Assembly: GCA_963812135.1 (NCBI GenBank)
Contig: CAWETU010000001.1
Location: 2,112,001 to 2,176,000 of the forward strand
Direction of reading: 5' to 3'
Length of the DNA stretch: 64,000 nucleotides
Source: Vulcanimicrobiota bacterium
GTDB lineage: Bacteria; Vulcanimicrobiota; Vulcanimicrobiia; Eremiobacterales; Eremiobacteraceae
The translations under genes were made by a program, and so were the position numbers. The notes below the pieces were generated by a model. That model was not told where the DNA came from and did not search any database. It saw only the letters and a list, made by a program, of their open reading frames with translations. How positions within the stretch are numbered: position 1 is the first letter of the stretch; every line of letters starts with the position of its first letter. Below, one piece after another: positions 50,257-58,768 of the stretch.

Positions 50257-50699
50257 AGGCCAGGCGGGATGGTGAGCGTGAGCGTCAGTTTGTTGTTGTC
50301 AAAGGTGTATTCATCGAACCATGGTTTCGCGTTCACGGAGACGAGGAATTCGTGTTTCCCGCTGACGCCGGGCCGGCCGGGCAGATCGATGCGCACGGCT
50401 TGGGTCTGGCCGACGCCGATCGTGCCGAGCGTCGCGCCAGCGGTCCACCAGATGTCGGTGGTATCGGTGACGGTGACTGCTTTGTCCTCGGGGATCGGCT
50501 GGCTGTTGATGCTGCCGATGTTGGTCACCCGCAGCAGAAACGAGATCAGCGGCTCGTCAGGCGTGCAGCGCGAAGCGATGACGTAGCCGGGACCGTCCGG
50601 CGGGTTTGGCCCGACGGTGAGGTCTGGTTGAGCACCAAGCGTCGCGCCCGAAGGGAAGCCGGCGGCGAGCGCGGTCGAGGCGGTTGCGAGGAGAGTCAA
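50241..50699 (-). CDS. exported CARDB/Ig-like protein, start uncertain
   Basis: PDLTV, V.N.G, E...DNN motifs and a hydrophobic signal. No in-frame ATG after the upstream stop; TTG 50699 used. Confidence 0.6.
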   Translation of the reverse strand: MTLLATASTALAAGFPSGATLGAQPDLTVGPNPPDGPGYVIASRCTPDEPLISFLLRVTNIGSINSQPIPEDKAVTVTDTTDIWWTAGATLGTIGVGQTQAVRIDLPGRPGVSGKHEFLVSVNAKPWFDEYTFDNNKLTLTLTIPPGLCPKK

Positions 50700-50713
50700 C
50701 GCCAGCGCGATGA

Positions 50714-50738
50714 CGGTCGAATAAATTCGACCGCTACA
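50714..50738 (-). repeat. REP copy
   Basis: Exact consensus between the methionine synthase stop and the CARDB-like gene. Confidence 0.9.
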
Positions 50739-50742
50739 TTTG

Positions 50743-51756
50743 CTAAGAGTTGGCAAGGGCCACGCCCGCGCCGAGCGCCTGCAGTTTAGCGTACGCGACA
50801 TCGCGGCGCATCGGTGCCATCCCGCAGTTGGTGGACGCGATGATGCGATCGTCCGGCAGATAACCGCGTGCGATGTTGAGCGTGGCAAGGACGTCTTCCG
50901 GCGTCTCGACATAATCCGTCGCGACATCGATGACCCCGACGGCCGCATCCTTACCGACAATAGCGCCGAGGACATGCGGCGGCACGTGCGAACCCGCAAG
51001 CTCGATCGAGATCTCATCGATGCGCGTCCTCGAAAGCAGCGGCAACACCCGTTCGTACTGGTCCCACGTCGCGCCGAGCGACTGTTTCCACTCGATATTG
51101 GCCGCGATACCATAGCCGTAGCAGACGTGGACGGCGGTGCGGCAAGCCGCGTCGCGCACGCAGGCATCGATCGCCTCCATGCCCCATTGCTCGGCTTCGT
51201 CCAGATACGCGTTGAGCGCCGGCTCGTCGAGTTGCACCGTGTACACCCCGACGGCTTCGAGGCTGGCGATCTCCTCGCGGATCAGATCCGCAAATGCGAG
51301 CGCCAGCGAACGCCGGTCGCCGTAGTGCTCGTCGTACACCGTGTCGACGATCGTCATCGGTCCGGGCAGCGTCACTTTGAGCCGCCGCTTGGTGTGGCTG
51401 CGCGCGAACGTCGCTTCGTCCAGGTGCACGGAACCTTTGCGGCGCACCGGCCCGGTGATCGTGGGCACGTCCGCCTTGTAGCGGTCGGCGCGAATGCCGC
51501 GACGCGTCATCTTCGAGAAATCGACCCCATCGATGTGCTCCAAAAAACCATGCACGAAATGCCGGCGCGACTGCTCGCCGTCGGTGACATAGGTGAGGTT
51601 CGCCCGGTCTTGCTCGAAGAGCGCGATGCGCGTGGCGTCGCGCTTTGCGTCGGCCAGTTCCGCGCCGTCGAGTTGCCACTGCGGCCACAGCTTTTCGGGT
51701 TCGGCTAGCCACACCGGCTTGGGCAAGCTGCCGGCGATGGTCGAGCGGATGTCCAC
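50743..51756 (-). CDS. core (folate-independent) methionine synthase, MesD-like
   Basis: 337 aa, MetE C-terminal domain only; AGSLPKP.WLA.PE.LW..W, DGEQ.R.HFV..F, LPGPMT..DT.YD.HY, HVCYGYGI.AN..WK..LG..W.QYE, TNCGMAP. Confidence 0.85.
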   Translation of the reverse strand: MDIRSTIAGSLPKPVWLAEPEKLWPQWQLDGAELADAKRDATRIALFEQDRANLTYVTDGEQSRRHFVHGFLEHIDGVDFSKMTRRGIRADRYKADVPTITGPVRRKGSVHLDEATFARSHTKRRLKVTLPGPMTIVDTVYDEHYGDRRSLALAFADLIREEIASLEAVGVYTVQLDEPALNAYLDEAEQWGMEAIDACVRDAACRTAVHVCYGYGIAANIEWKQSLGATWDQYERVLPLLSRTRIDEISIELAGSHVPPHVLGAIVGKDAAVGVIDVATDYVETPEDVLATLNIARGYLPDDRIIASTNCGMAPMRRDVAYAKLQALGAGVALANS

Positions 51757-51760
51757 GACG

Positions 51761-52216
51761 CTAGACGCGCGTTTTGCCGGCGGTCGCCGCGTTGCGCTCG
51801 AGGCGCGCGACGTCGTCGGGCGTCGCGGGTTGTGCGCGATCGCGCTGCGCGTCGACGATGCAGAGAAAGCCGAACGGCGCGTCGCCGGTGTTGACGAATT
51901 GATGCAACGTCATCGGACCGACGTAGATATGATCGAGATTCTCGATGGGGTGCACGGCGTCGCCGACGATCGCGTAACCTTCGCCGCGGATCACCGTCAC
52001 CGAATGGATGTGTTCGTGGCGTTCCAGGCGGGTGAAGCCGCCGGGCTCCACTTCGAAATAGCGCAGCTGGAACTGGGAGGGCTCGCCGTTCGCGCCCGAG
52101 ATGATGTGGCGCGTGACGCCGCGGAAACCCTCGCCGTCGCTCTCGCCGGTCGCCTTGTAACCCGCGGCCTGGACGCCTTCCCACGAGAATTCACTGGAAT
52201 GGAATTTGTGTTTCAT
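51761..52216 (-). CDS. cupin, similar to MTXu-5P methylsulfurylase of the MTA-isoprenoid shunt
   Basis: W.GV...YK, F..VTR, LRYFEV.PGG...LERH.H.H.V, HQF, GFLC.V.A.RD..Q. Confidence 0.7.
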   Translation of the reverse strand: MKHKFHSSEFSWEGVQAAGYKATGESDGEGFRGVTRHIISGANGEPSQFQLRYFEVEPGGFTRLERHEHIHSVTVIRGEGYAIVGDAVHPIENLDHIYVGPMTLHQFVNTGDAPFGFLCIVDAQRDRAQPATPDDVARLERNAATAGKTRV

Positions 52217-53298
52217 GCGCGCCCCGGATAGACGATGACTTTGAGCGCGTCCGTGCCGGCGGCCACGAGACGATATGCTTGCGCGATATCGGCGAGACCA
52301 AAACGGTGGGTGACCAGCGAGCGCAGCGGCAGACCGTCGGCGAGGAGCTCGAGCGCTTCGCGCGTGTCGTTCGGCCCCGCGGAGTAGCTCGTGATGACGC
52401 TGATGTCTTTGAAATAGAAATCGTGGACGGGCAGCGGCCAGTATTCGGTCGCTTGCGTGGGCGTGAACAGCACGATCTTGCCGCCCGGTGCGACGCACAA
52501 CGCGGCTGCGCGCATGGCTTCGACCGAACCAGGCCCGACGATCACGACGTCTGCGCCCTCGCCGTCGGTGGCCGCCAGCACCTGTTCGTGCAGCGGCGAA
52601 TGCTCGATGTCGAAGGCGTGATGGACGCCGTGCTCTCTGGCCGCGTCGAGGCGCGCGCGAACCCGATCCGCGCCCATGATGAGCTCGGCGCCGCGAAAGC
52701 GGGCGAGCGCGACGTGCAACATACCCATGACGCCAAGACCGATCACCAGCACGCGGTCGCCGGCGCGCAGGCCGCTACGGCGGATCGACTTCACGACGGT
52801 GGCCAGCGGCTCGACCATGGTGGCGAGGTCGTCGTCGAGCGAGTCGGGGATGCGCAAGACATCGGCGCGCACGCTTTCCGCCGGCACGATCGCGTATTGC
52901 GCCATGCCGCCAGGGCGCAGTCTGCTGCTGCGCCAGGTCTCGCATTGGACATAGTCTTTGCGCTTGCAGCGCCGGCAGGTCATGCACGGCGCGTGATGGT
53001 GGACGAAGACGCGCTCGCCCGCGGCAAAGGGGATAACGCCGTTCCCGTGATTGGTCGATCCGTTCGCGGATGGAGCCGCGCCTTCGCCACACGCCTCGAT
53101 GACCGCCACGGGTTCGTGGCCGAGCACGAAGGGGGCCTTACGATCGTTGTACCAGCCCATCACTTCGCCGGGGCAGATGCCGCAGGCGGTGACGCGCACC
53201 AACAGTTCGCCGTGTTCGAGGGGGCTGAGATCGACGTCGCGCACGTCTATGTCGCCGCCCTTTTGATAGACGGCCGCTCGGGTGGTTGTGGGCAACAT
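52213..53298 (-). CDS. Zn-dependent medium-chain dehydrogenase, sorbitol/iditol dehydrogenase-like
   Basis: CGIC, GHE, CMTCRRC..C, GLGVMG; ATGA overlap with the cupin. Confidence 0.9.
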   Translation of the reverse strand: MLPTTTRAAVYQKGGDIDVRDVDLSPLEHGELLVRVTACGICPGEVMGWYNDRKAPFVLGHEPVAVIEACGEGAAPSANGSTNHGNGVIPFAAGERVFVHHHAPCMTCRRCKRKDYVQCETWRSSRLRPGGMAQYAIVPAESVRADVLRIPDSLDDDLATMVEPLATVVKSIRRSGLRAGDRVLVIGLGVMGMLHVALARFRGAELIMGADRVRARLDAAREHGVHHAFDIEHSPLHEQVLAATDGEGADVVIVGPGSVEAMRAAALCVAPGGKIVLFTPTQATEYWPLPVHDFYFKDISVITSYSAGPNDTREALELLADGLPLRSLVTHRFGLADIAQAYRLVAAGTDALKVIVYPGRA

Positions 53299-53370
53299 GG
53301 AAGCTCTTAGGTTCGCGCTCGCGCACGCATCCCCCCGCGCTGCAGCAGCACAGGGGGACACGGTTAAGCC

Positions 53371-54006
53371 TTAAGCGATACCCGACTTGAGCGCGTACAC
53401 CGCGGCCTGCGTCCGCGCGGTGACGTTGATCTTGCTGAAGATCCGGCTGATGTGGTTCTTCACGGTTTTTTCGCTCAGATACAGCTTGCCGGAGATCTGC
53501 CGATTGGACAGGCCCAGCGCGATCAGCCTGATGACTTCCGTTTCTCGCTCGGACAGCTCGGATGGGTCGTTGCGCAGCCGGCGATTGTTAAGCCGCCGCA
53601 ACATGTTGCCCGCAAGACTCGGATCGACGTACACGTTGCCGTCGAAGATCGAAATCAGCGCACGCGCGAGGTCCTCCATCGCGATGTCCTTGACGACGTA
53701 GCCCTCGAGGCCGAACAGAAGGCTGCGCGTGAGCAGGTCTTGCTGGGGCTGCATCGAGAGAATGCAGATCTTGGTGCCCGGACATGCTTCGCGCATGTAC
53801 TTGATGGCCTCGACCGGGTCGCCTTTGTGAAAATCGACGTCGAAAAGTATGACGTCTGGCCGGCTCGCGGCGGCGGTCTCGACATCGCTCATGCCATTGC
53901 ATCCAGCAACCGTCACAAAGCGATCGTCGGCCATCAACAACTGACAAATGGCTTTGCGGAACAACACCTGTGGCTCGATGACCGCTATTCGCACTCGCTC
54001 ACTCAT
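53371..54006 (-). CDS. NarL/LuxR family response regulator
   Basis: Receiver (ILFD, YVVK) + LSERE..V..L...GLSN..I...L.LSEKTVKNH. Confidence 0.92.
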   Translation of the reverse strand: MSERVRIAVIEPQVLFRKAICQLLMADDRFVTVAGCNGMSDVETAAASRPDVILFDVDFHKGDPVEAIKYMREACPGTKICILSMQPQQDLLTRSLLFGLEGYVVKDIAMEDLARALISIFDGNVYVDPSLAGNMLRRLNNRRLRNDPSELSERETEVIRLIALGLSNRQISGKLYLSEKTVKNHISRIFSKINVTARTQAAVYALKSGIA

Positions 54007-54358
54007 GGTAGAAAGCTCCGAGTCTAAAGCTCCAAAAGAGGGCTTGGGCAGGCACCCCGGGGGAAACGAAACTCATCCGAATCCATCCAATCTCGGGATT
54101 CGGGACGCTTGGCCGCACCCAGAACGCGGTTTTTTTCTATTCTACGGCTTTTTTAATGTAGCCGACCCGTGCCGGCGCCCCAACGACGTTGGGATGTCAC
54201 ACTTGTAGAGTAACGTGTATCACATATACAGGTACTCCGAACACCCCGTAAACACGGCATTTGGGTCTGTTTGTCCAGGTTTTCAGTGCGAAGGGTCACG
54301 AAATTGGGACTTTCGGGTCATACCGGGGGGACGGTCATGACGCTAACGGAGCTTCGCT

Positions 54359-54991
54359 TTGGGTACAGGAAAAGAGTCGTTACCCCCAATTCGATCGGAG
54401 TCTAGCGGCCCGGTTGATTTTGACGCGCGCCTGGATTCTGACGGGCGCGTCGACTCGGCGCTCGAGGGAGCGATCCGGCGGCGTGAGATCGCAGCCATCG
54501 TCGTCGATTCGGACAACGGCGTGGCGCTTGCCAACGCTCCAGGGATCGAGCAGCTCAAGCTTTTGGCTCCGCAGGGGATGGTGCGCCAGGGCCTCCCCCT
54601 ACCGGAAGACGTCGCGCGACTCGCCGACGGACTGCGCGACGATCTCAAGCGCACCGGATCGACGGAATCGTCGCAGCTGACGCTTGCGAGCGGCTTTTGT
54701 CTGCGCGCTTCCCTTTTGGGAGGACAGACCAAACCGTATCTGCTCATGCTGTTCGAACCGGCCTCGCGGCTGGACGAGCGCAACCTGTCGCGCAGAGAGC
54801 TTGAAGTCGCGACGCTCATCCTCAACGGGCTGTCGAATCGCGAGATCGCATCGAAACTGTCGCTGGCCCCCAACACCGTCGAGGGACACCTCAAGCGCAT
54901 CTTCACGAAGATGCAGGTGCACACGCGCGCCGGTCTGGTGGCGAAGATGCTGGGATGGCCGTCTGAGGGCAGGCCGGACGCGACCGCTTAG
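54359..54991 (+). CDS. LuxR-type HTH regulator without receiver domain, start uncertain
   Basis: LSRRE.EV..L...GLSNREIA..L.L...TV..H...IF.K. ATG 54337 lies one base out of frame. Confidence 0.8.
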   Translation: MGTGKESLPPIRSESSGPVDFDARLDSDGRVDSALEGAIRRREIAAIVVDSDNGVALANAPGIEQLKLLAPQGMVRQGLPLPEDVARLADGLRDDLKRTGSTESSQLTLASGFCLRASLLGGQTKPYLLMLFEPASRLDERNLSRRELEVATLILNGLSNREIASKLSLAPNTVEGHLKRIFTKMQVHTRAGLVAKMLGWPSEGRPDATA

Positions 54992-54994
54992 CGC

Positions 54995-55435
54995 TTAGCG
55001 CCCGCCCCCACGCCCGACCGCTCGCGCGCCCGCAAGCGCTCCGCCGATCGCGCCTCCGATAAGACCGCAAACCACATCGAATGATTGCTGGGCCAGCGTC
55101 TCGTGCGCGCCCGAATACAGCCATTGGCCGAGTTCGATGAAGGCGCTGTAGAGACCGACGCCAAGCGCGATGCCGAGTACGCTTCGGAGCGAGCGTCGCA
55201 CGTGCAGCGTCCGCGCCAGCACGAACCCGATCAGCGCGAACGCGACGACGCTGTACGCTTTGCGCAGCAGCACATGGAACGTCAACCACGATGGCGAGGT
55301 CGCCTCGTACGCCGCATTGGAGATCGCGACGGCGAAGAGGCCGATCATGAGCGTCGCGCACAACACGGGCCACAACCACGATCGAGAGCGCGACGGCGGG
55401 TTCACTAAGCCGGAATTGACTGCAGCGGGGCGCAC
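54995..55435 (-). CDS. VanZ-like membrane protein
   Basis: LRK.YS..AF..G, S..IE..Q, D...G..GG..G. Confidence 0.7.
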   Translation of the reverse strand: MRPAAVNSGLVNPPSRSRSWLWPVLCATLMIGLFAVAISNAAYEATSPSWLTFHVLLRKAYSVVAFALIGFVLARTLHVRRSLRSVLGIALGVGLYSAFIELGQWLYSGAHETLAQQSFDVVCGLIGGAIGGALAGARAVGRGGGR

Positions 55436-55581
55436 GTCCGCTTTTGCGCGCCGTCAAGCACCATAGGCCCTTCGCATGGGACCTCTGGACCGCCGACCGA
55501 AAGTCAAGCGGGCCGACAGGCCTGCGTCGAGGGGGCGTTACGGTTCTTTGGCGCCGACCAGGCCTGGAGTAAGATGGGCCT

Positions 55582-56514
55582 GTGTTGGGTTTCCTCTTCG
55601 CGCTTGCCGTGCTCGGCACGTCCGCGGCATCGCCGGTTCCGTCCCTTCCGTCGCTTCCATCCACTCCCGGAGTCCAGGCGCCGCAAGATCCCGGACCGAG
55701 CAACGAACCATATCGCATCCATGCGGCCGATCAGCTCGCCGTGGAGGTGTTCGGCGACGCGACGCTCTCGCAGACAGTGACGGTTTTGCCAGGCGGAGAC
55801 ATCTTCTATCCGCTGGTCGGCCGCATCCATCTCGACGGGCTCACCCCGGAGGAAGCGGCCGCGCGGATCGGCGGCGCGCTGCACAAATATGTCCGCCAAC
55901 CGATCGTCACGGTCTCAGTGGTCGCGCAAGGACCGATCGGCGTGCTCGTGCTCGGCGACGTAAAAAATCCCGGCAAGTACCTGCTGCCTGCGACATCGCG
56001 CGTCTCTGACGCGCTGGCGGCTGCGGGCGGACTAGCGCCGATCGACGGCGACTTTCCGATCGCCCGAATCGCCAGCGTTTCCGGCGACATCCATCAGGTC
56101 TCGCTGCAAAAACTCTTCCACGACGGGGATACGTCGGTCGACATGCGTTTGGCGAACGGCGCGACGCTCTACGTGCCCGCACCCGCGCTGTTCAGCGTGG
56201 AAGTGCTGGGCAGCGTCGACCGGCCGGGCGAGATCATGCTGCATGAAGGCGACAAATTGGCGATCGCGATCGCCAAAGCCGGCGCGAGCCCGAACACAAA
56301 CCCCGATCTCAACAACATCCAGGTGAAACGCACCATGGCGGACGGCAGCACGGCAAATTACACGGTCAACCTGTATCAAGCGCTGAGCAGCCAAGACGTC
56401 GCCAAAGACCTGACCATGCAAAAAGGCGACATCGTCTACGTGCCGCAGGCGAAGAAGCCGATGGGCAACGGTTTGTTGGGCATCTTCACGACTTTGCTCT
56501 TGCTCGTCAAGTGA
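55582..56514 (+). CDS. wza: polysaccharide export protein (Wza-like, SLBB domains)
   Basis: YRI...D.L.V.VFG, V.PGG.I.YPLVG, V.V.G.V..PG.Y, GDIVYVP. Confidence 0.85.
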   Translation: MLGFLFALAVLGTSAASPVPSLPSLPSTPGVQAPQDPGPSNEPYRIHAADQLAVEVFGDATLSQTVTVLPGGDIFYPLVGRIHLDGLTPEEAAARIGGALHKYVRQPIVTVSVVAQGPIGVLVLGDVKNPGKYLLPATSRVSDALAAAGGLAPIDGDFPIARIASVSGDIHQVSLQKLFHDGDTSVDMRLANGATLYVPAPALFSVEVLGSVDRPGEIMLHEGDKLAIAIAKAGASPNTNPDLNNIQVKRTMADGSTANYTVNLYQALSSQDVAKDLTMQKGDIVYVPQAKKPMGNGLLGIFTTLLLLVK

Positions 56515-56530
56515 AAGCATTGGGTTTCTA

Positions 56531-58768
56531 GTGCGTAAGCAGCTCCCGCACCCGCCCCAGGACGACGGCGACGACGACGAGATGGCGCTCGCGATCACCG
56601 ACCATCGCCAAAAGGTCGTGCTCGGGCGGACGTATCCTCAGATGATGCAGGACGAACGCCACGCGCCGGACTTCGAATTCTTCCGCAACCTGTTCTATCG
56701 CCGGCGCAACGTCTTTTTCACGATCGCCGGCGGGTTTTTGGCGATCGTCATCGTGCTCACGTTGCTCTCTCCGAAGACCTATACCACTACGACGAAACTC
56801 ATCGTCGGCAATTCCGGCAGCGGCGCAAGCGCGCAGGCCGGCAACGCCGACACGTCGCTGCCCGTCGTCAACGCGCTGGTCGGCGCTGCCGGCGTGCGCA
56901 CGCCCGAGACCTACGTCGAACTCATCCAGGAGATCCCGGTCGCACAGCGCGTCATCGACAATCTCAACCTGCAGACGTCGGCGAAACGGCTGCTTGCAGG
57001 TGTGGTCGCAAAACCCGTGACCGACACGCAGATCATCGAATTGTCGGTCGCCTGGAAGGATCCGCAGACATCCGCGGCTATCGCCAACGAGTTCGGCGCC
57101 GTCTTCGTCGACCGCGAGCGCGAGCTCATCGGCGATCAGGCGACCTCGGCGCTGAAAATGCTGTCCACCAAGATCCCGGATGCGTACGCCGACCTTCAGA
57201 AGCAGGAAGTAGTGCTAGCCGATTACGAGCGCACGCACACCGGCGCGTTCGTCAACGGCCAGACGATGGGCGTGGTCACCAATCTCTCAAGCCTGCAAAC
57301 CCGTCTCGCGGCAGTCCAGGTCGACGAGAGCCAAGCCAAGGCGGCGCTCGCGGACGTGCAAAGCCAGCTCGGCTCGACGTCCTCGACGGAGAACGCCGCG
57401 ACCCAGTCGACCGTGAACCCCGTCGTCGCCGGATTGCAGCAACAGCTCGCTCAGGTGAGCGGCCAGCTCGCCGCCGCGCGCCGGCAGTACACGGACGTGC
57501 ACCCGGTCGTCATCGCGCTGCGCGAGCAAGAGACGCAGTTGAAGAACCAGATCGCCGCATTGCCGCCGGACATCGTGGCGGCGCGAACGGTCGCGATGAG
57601 TCCGACGTTCGAAAAGCTGCGCGAGCAGGGGGCGACGCTCGAGGCGCAGATCGCCGCCGATCAAGCGCAGGAAAAAGAACTCGCGGCGCAAGGCAAGCAG
57701 CTGATGGGCACGGTCAAGAACTTGCCGACCGAGGCCCTAGCGCTGGCGGAGCTGCAACGTAAGGAAAAGCTCTCCGAGGAAGTCTACACGACGCTCGAGC
57801 GGCGCTACAACGAAGCGCTCATCGCCAAGACCGCGTCATTGAGCGATGTGTCGATCACGCAGCCTGCGCTGCCCGAGCTGGCGATCAAGCACCCGAGCCT
57901 GACCACCAACGGATTGATCGGCTTGATCATCGGCCTGGTGCTCGGCATCACGGGTGTCTTCCTCGTGGAGTACTTCGACAACACGATCAAGGACGAGGCC
58001 GACGTCGCGCGGCAGGTGCCGCTGCCCGTGCTCGCGACCGTGCCGCGCGTCACCGAAAAAGGCGTCAAAGAGCTGCCGTGGCTGCGGACGATGACCGCGG
58101 ACGCCTTCTTGCAGCTCATCTCGGCGCTGCGCTACTCCTCCGATGAAGAGATCCGCACGTTGGCGGTGACGAGCCCGCTCGAGGGCGACGGCAAGTCGAC
58201 GATCGCGCTCAACTTCGCCATTGCGCTCGCCGATGTCTCGCCCGGCGGCGCACTCATCATCGACGCCGACCTGCGGCGACCGACCCTGCACCATCGGTTG
58301 ACGGTGGACGATCCATCGCGTGGCCTGTCCGACGTGCTGGTCGGCTCTCTCTCATTCGACGATGCGGTGCAGAAAACCAAATACAAAGGCCTGTCAGCGC
58401 TGGTCGCCGGACCCGCCGTCCCCAACCCGATGCGCCTGTTCCAAACCGACCGCTTCGAGCGACTGTGCGACGAGATGAAGGAGAAATTCCCGATCGTCAT
58501 CATCGACACGCCCGCGCTCATGGCGGTGTTCGACGGCACGCTCATCGCCTCGAAGGCCGACGGAACCGTCGTGGTCATCGCGTCCGGCCACACCGACGTG
58601 CGCTCGACGAATCGCGCCATTGAACGGCTGTCGTCGTTCGGCTCGCCGAACCTGCTCGGCATCATCCTCAACCAGGTCCCACCGCATTCGCATCAGTACG
58701 GCTACTACGCCAAACCGCGCGAACCGCTGCAGCTGCAAGACAGCATCACGCCGGCCCCCGTCGCATGA
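56531..58768 (+). CDS. wzc: polysaccharide co-polymerase / tyrosine autokinase (Wzc-like)
   Basis: Two TM helices flanking a coiled coil; GDGKST, IDADLRRP, IIDTP, C-terminal YGYY. Confidence 0.9.
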   Translation: MRKQLPHPPQDDGDDDEMALAITDHRQKVVLGRTYPQMMQDERHAPDFEFFRNLFYRRRNVFFTIAGGFLAIVIVLTLLSPKTYTTTTKLIVGNSGSGASAQAGNADTSLPVVNALVGAAGVRTPETYVELIQEIPVAQRVIDNLNLQTSAKRLLAGVVAKPVTDTQIIELSVAWKDPQTSAAIANEFGAVFVDRERELIGDQATSALKMLSTKIPDAYADLQKQEVVLADYERTHTGAFVNGQTMGVVTNLSSLQTRLAAVQVDESQAKAALADVQSQLGSTSSTENAATQSTVNPVVAGLQQQLAQVSGQLAAARRQYTDVHPVVIALREQETQLKNQIAALPPDIVAARTVAMSPTFEKLREQGATLEAQIAADQAQEKELAAQGKQLMGTVKNLPTEALALAELQRKEKLSEEVYTTLERRYNEALIAKTASLSDVSITQPALPELAIKHPSLTTNGLIGLIIGLVLGITGVFLVEYFDNTIKDEADVARQVPLPVLATVPRVTEKGVKELPWLRTMTADAFLQLISALRYSSDEEIRTLAVTSPLEGDGKSTIALNFAIALADVSPGGALIIDADLRRPTLHHRLTVDDPSRGLSDVLVGSLSFDDAVQKTKYKGLSALVAGPAVPNPMRLFQTDRFERLCDEMKEKFPIVIIDTPALMAVFDGTLIASKADGTVVVIASGHTDVRSTNRAIERLSSFGSPNLLGIILNQVPPHSHQYGYYAKPREPLQLQDSITPAPVA

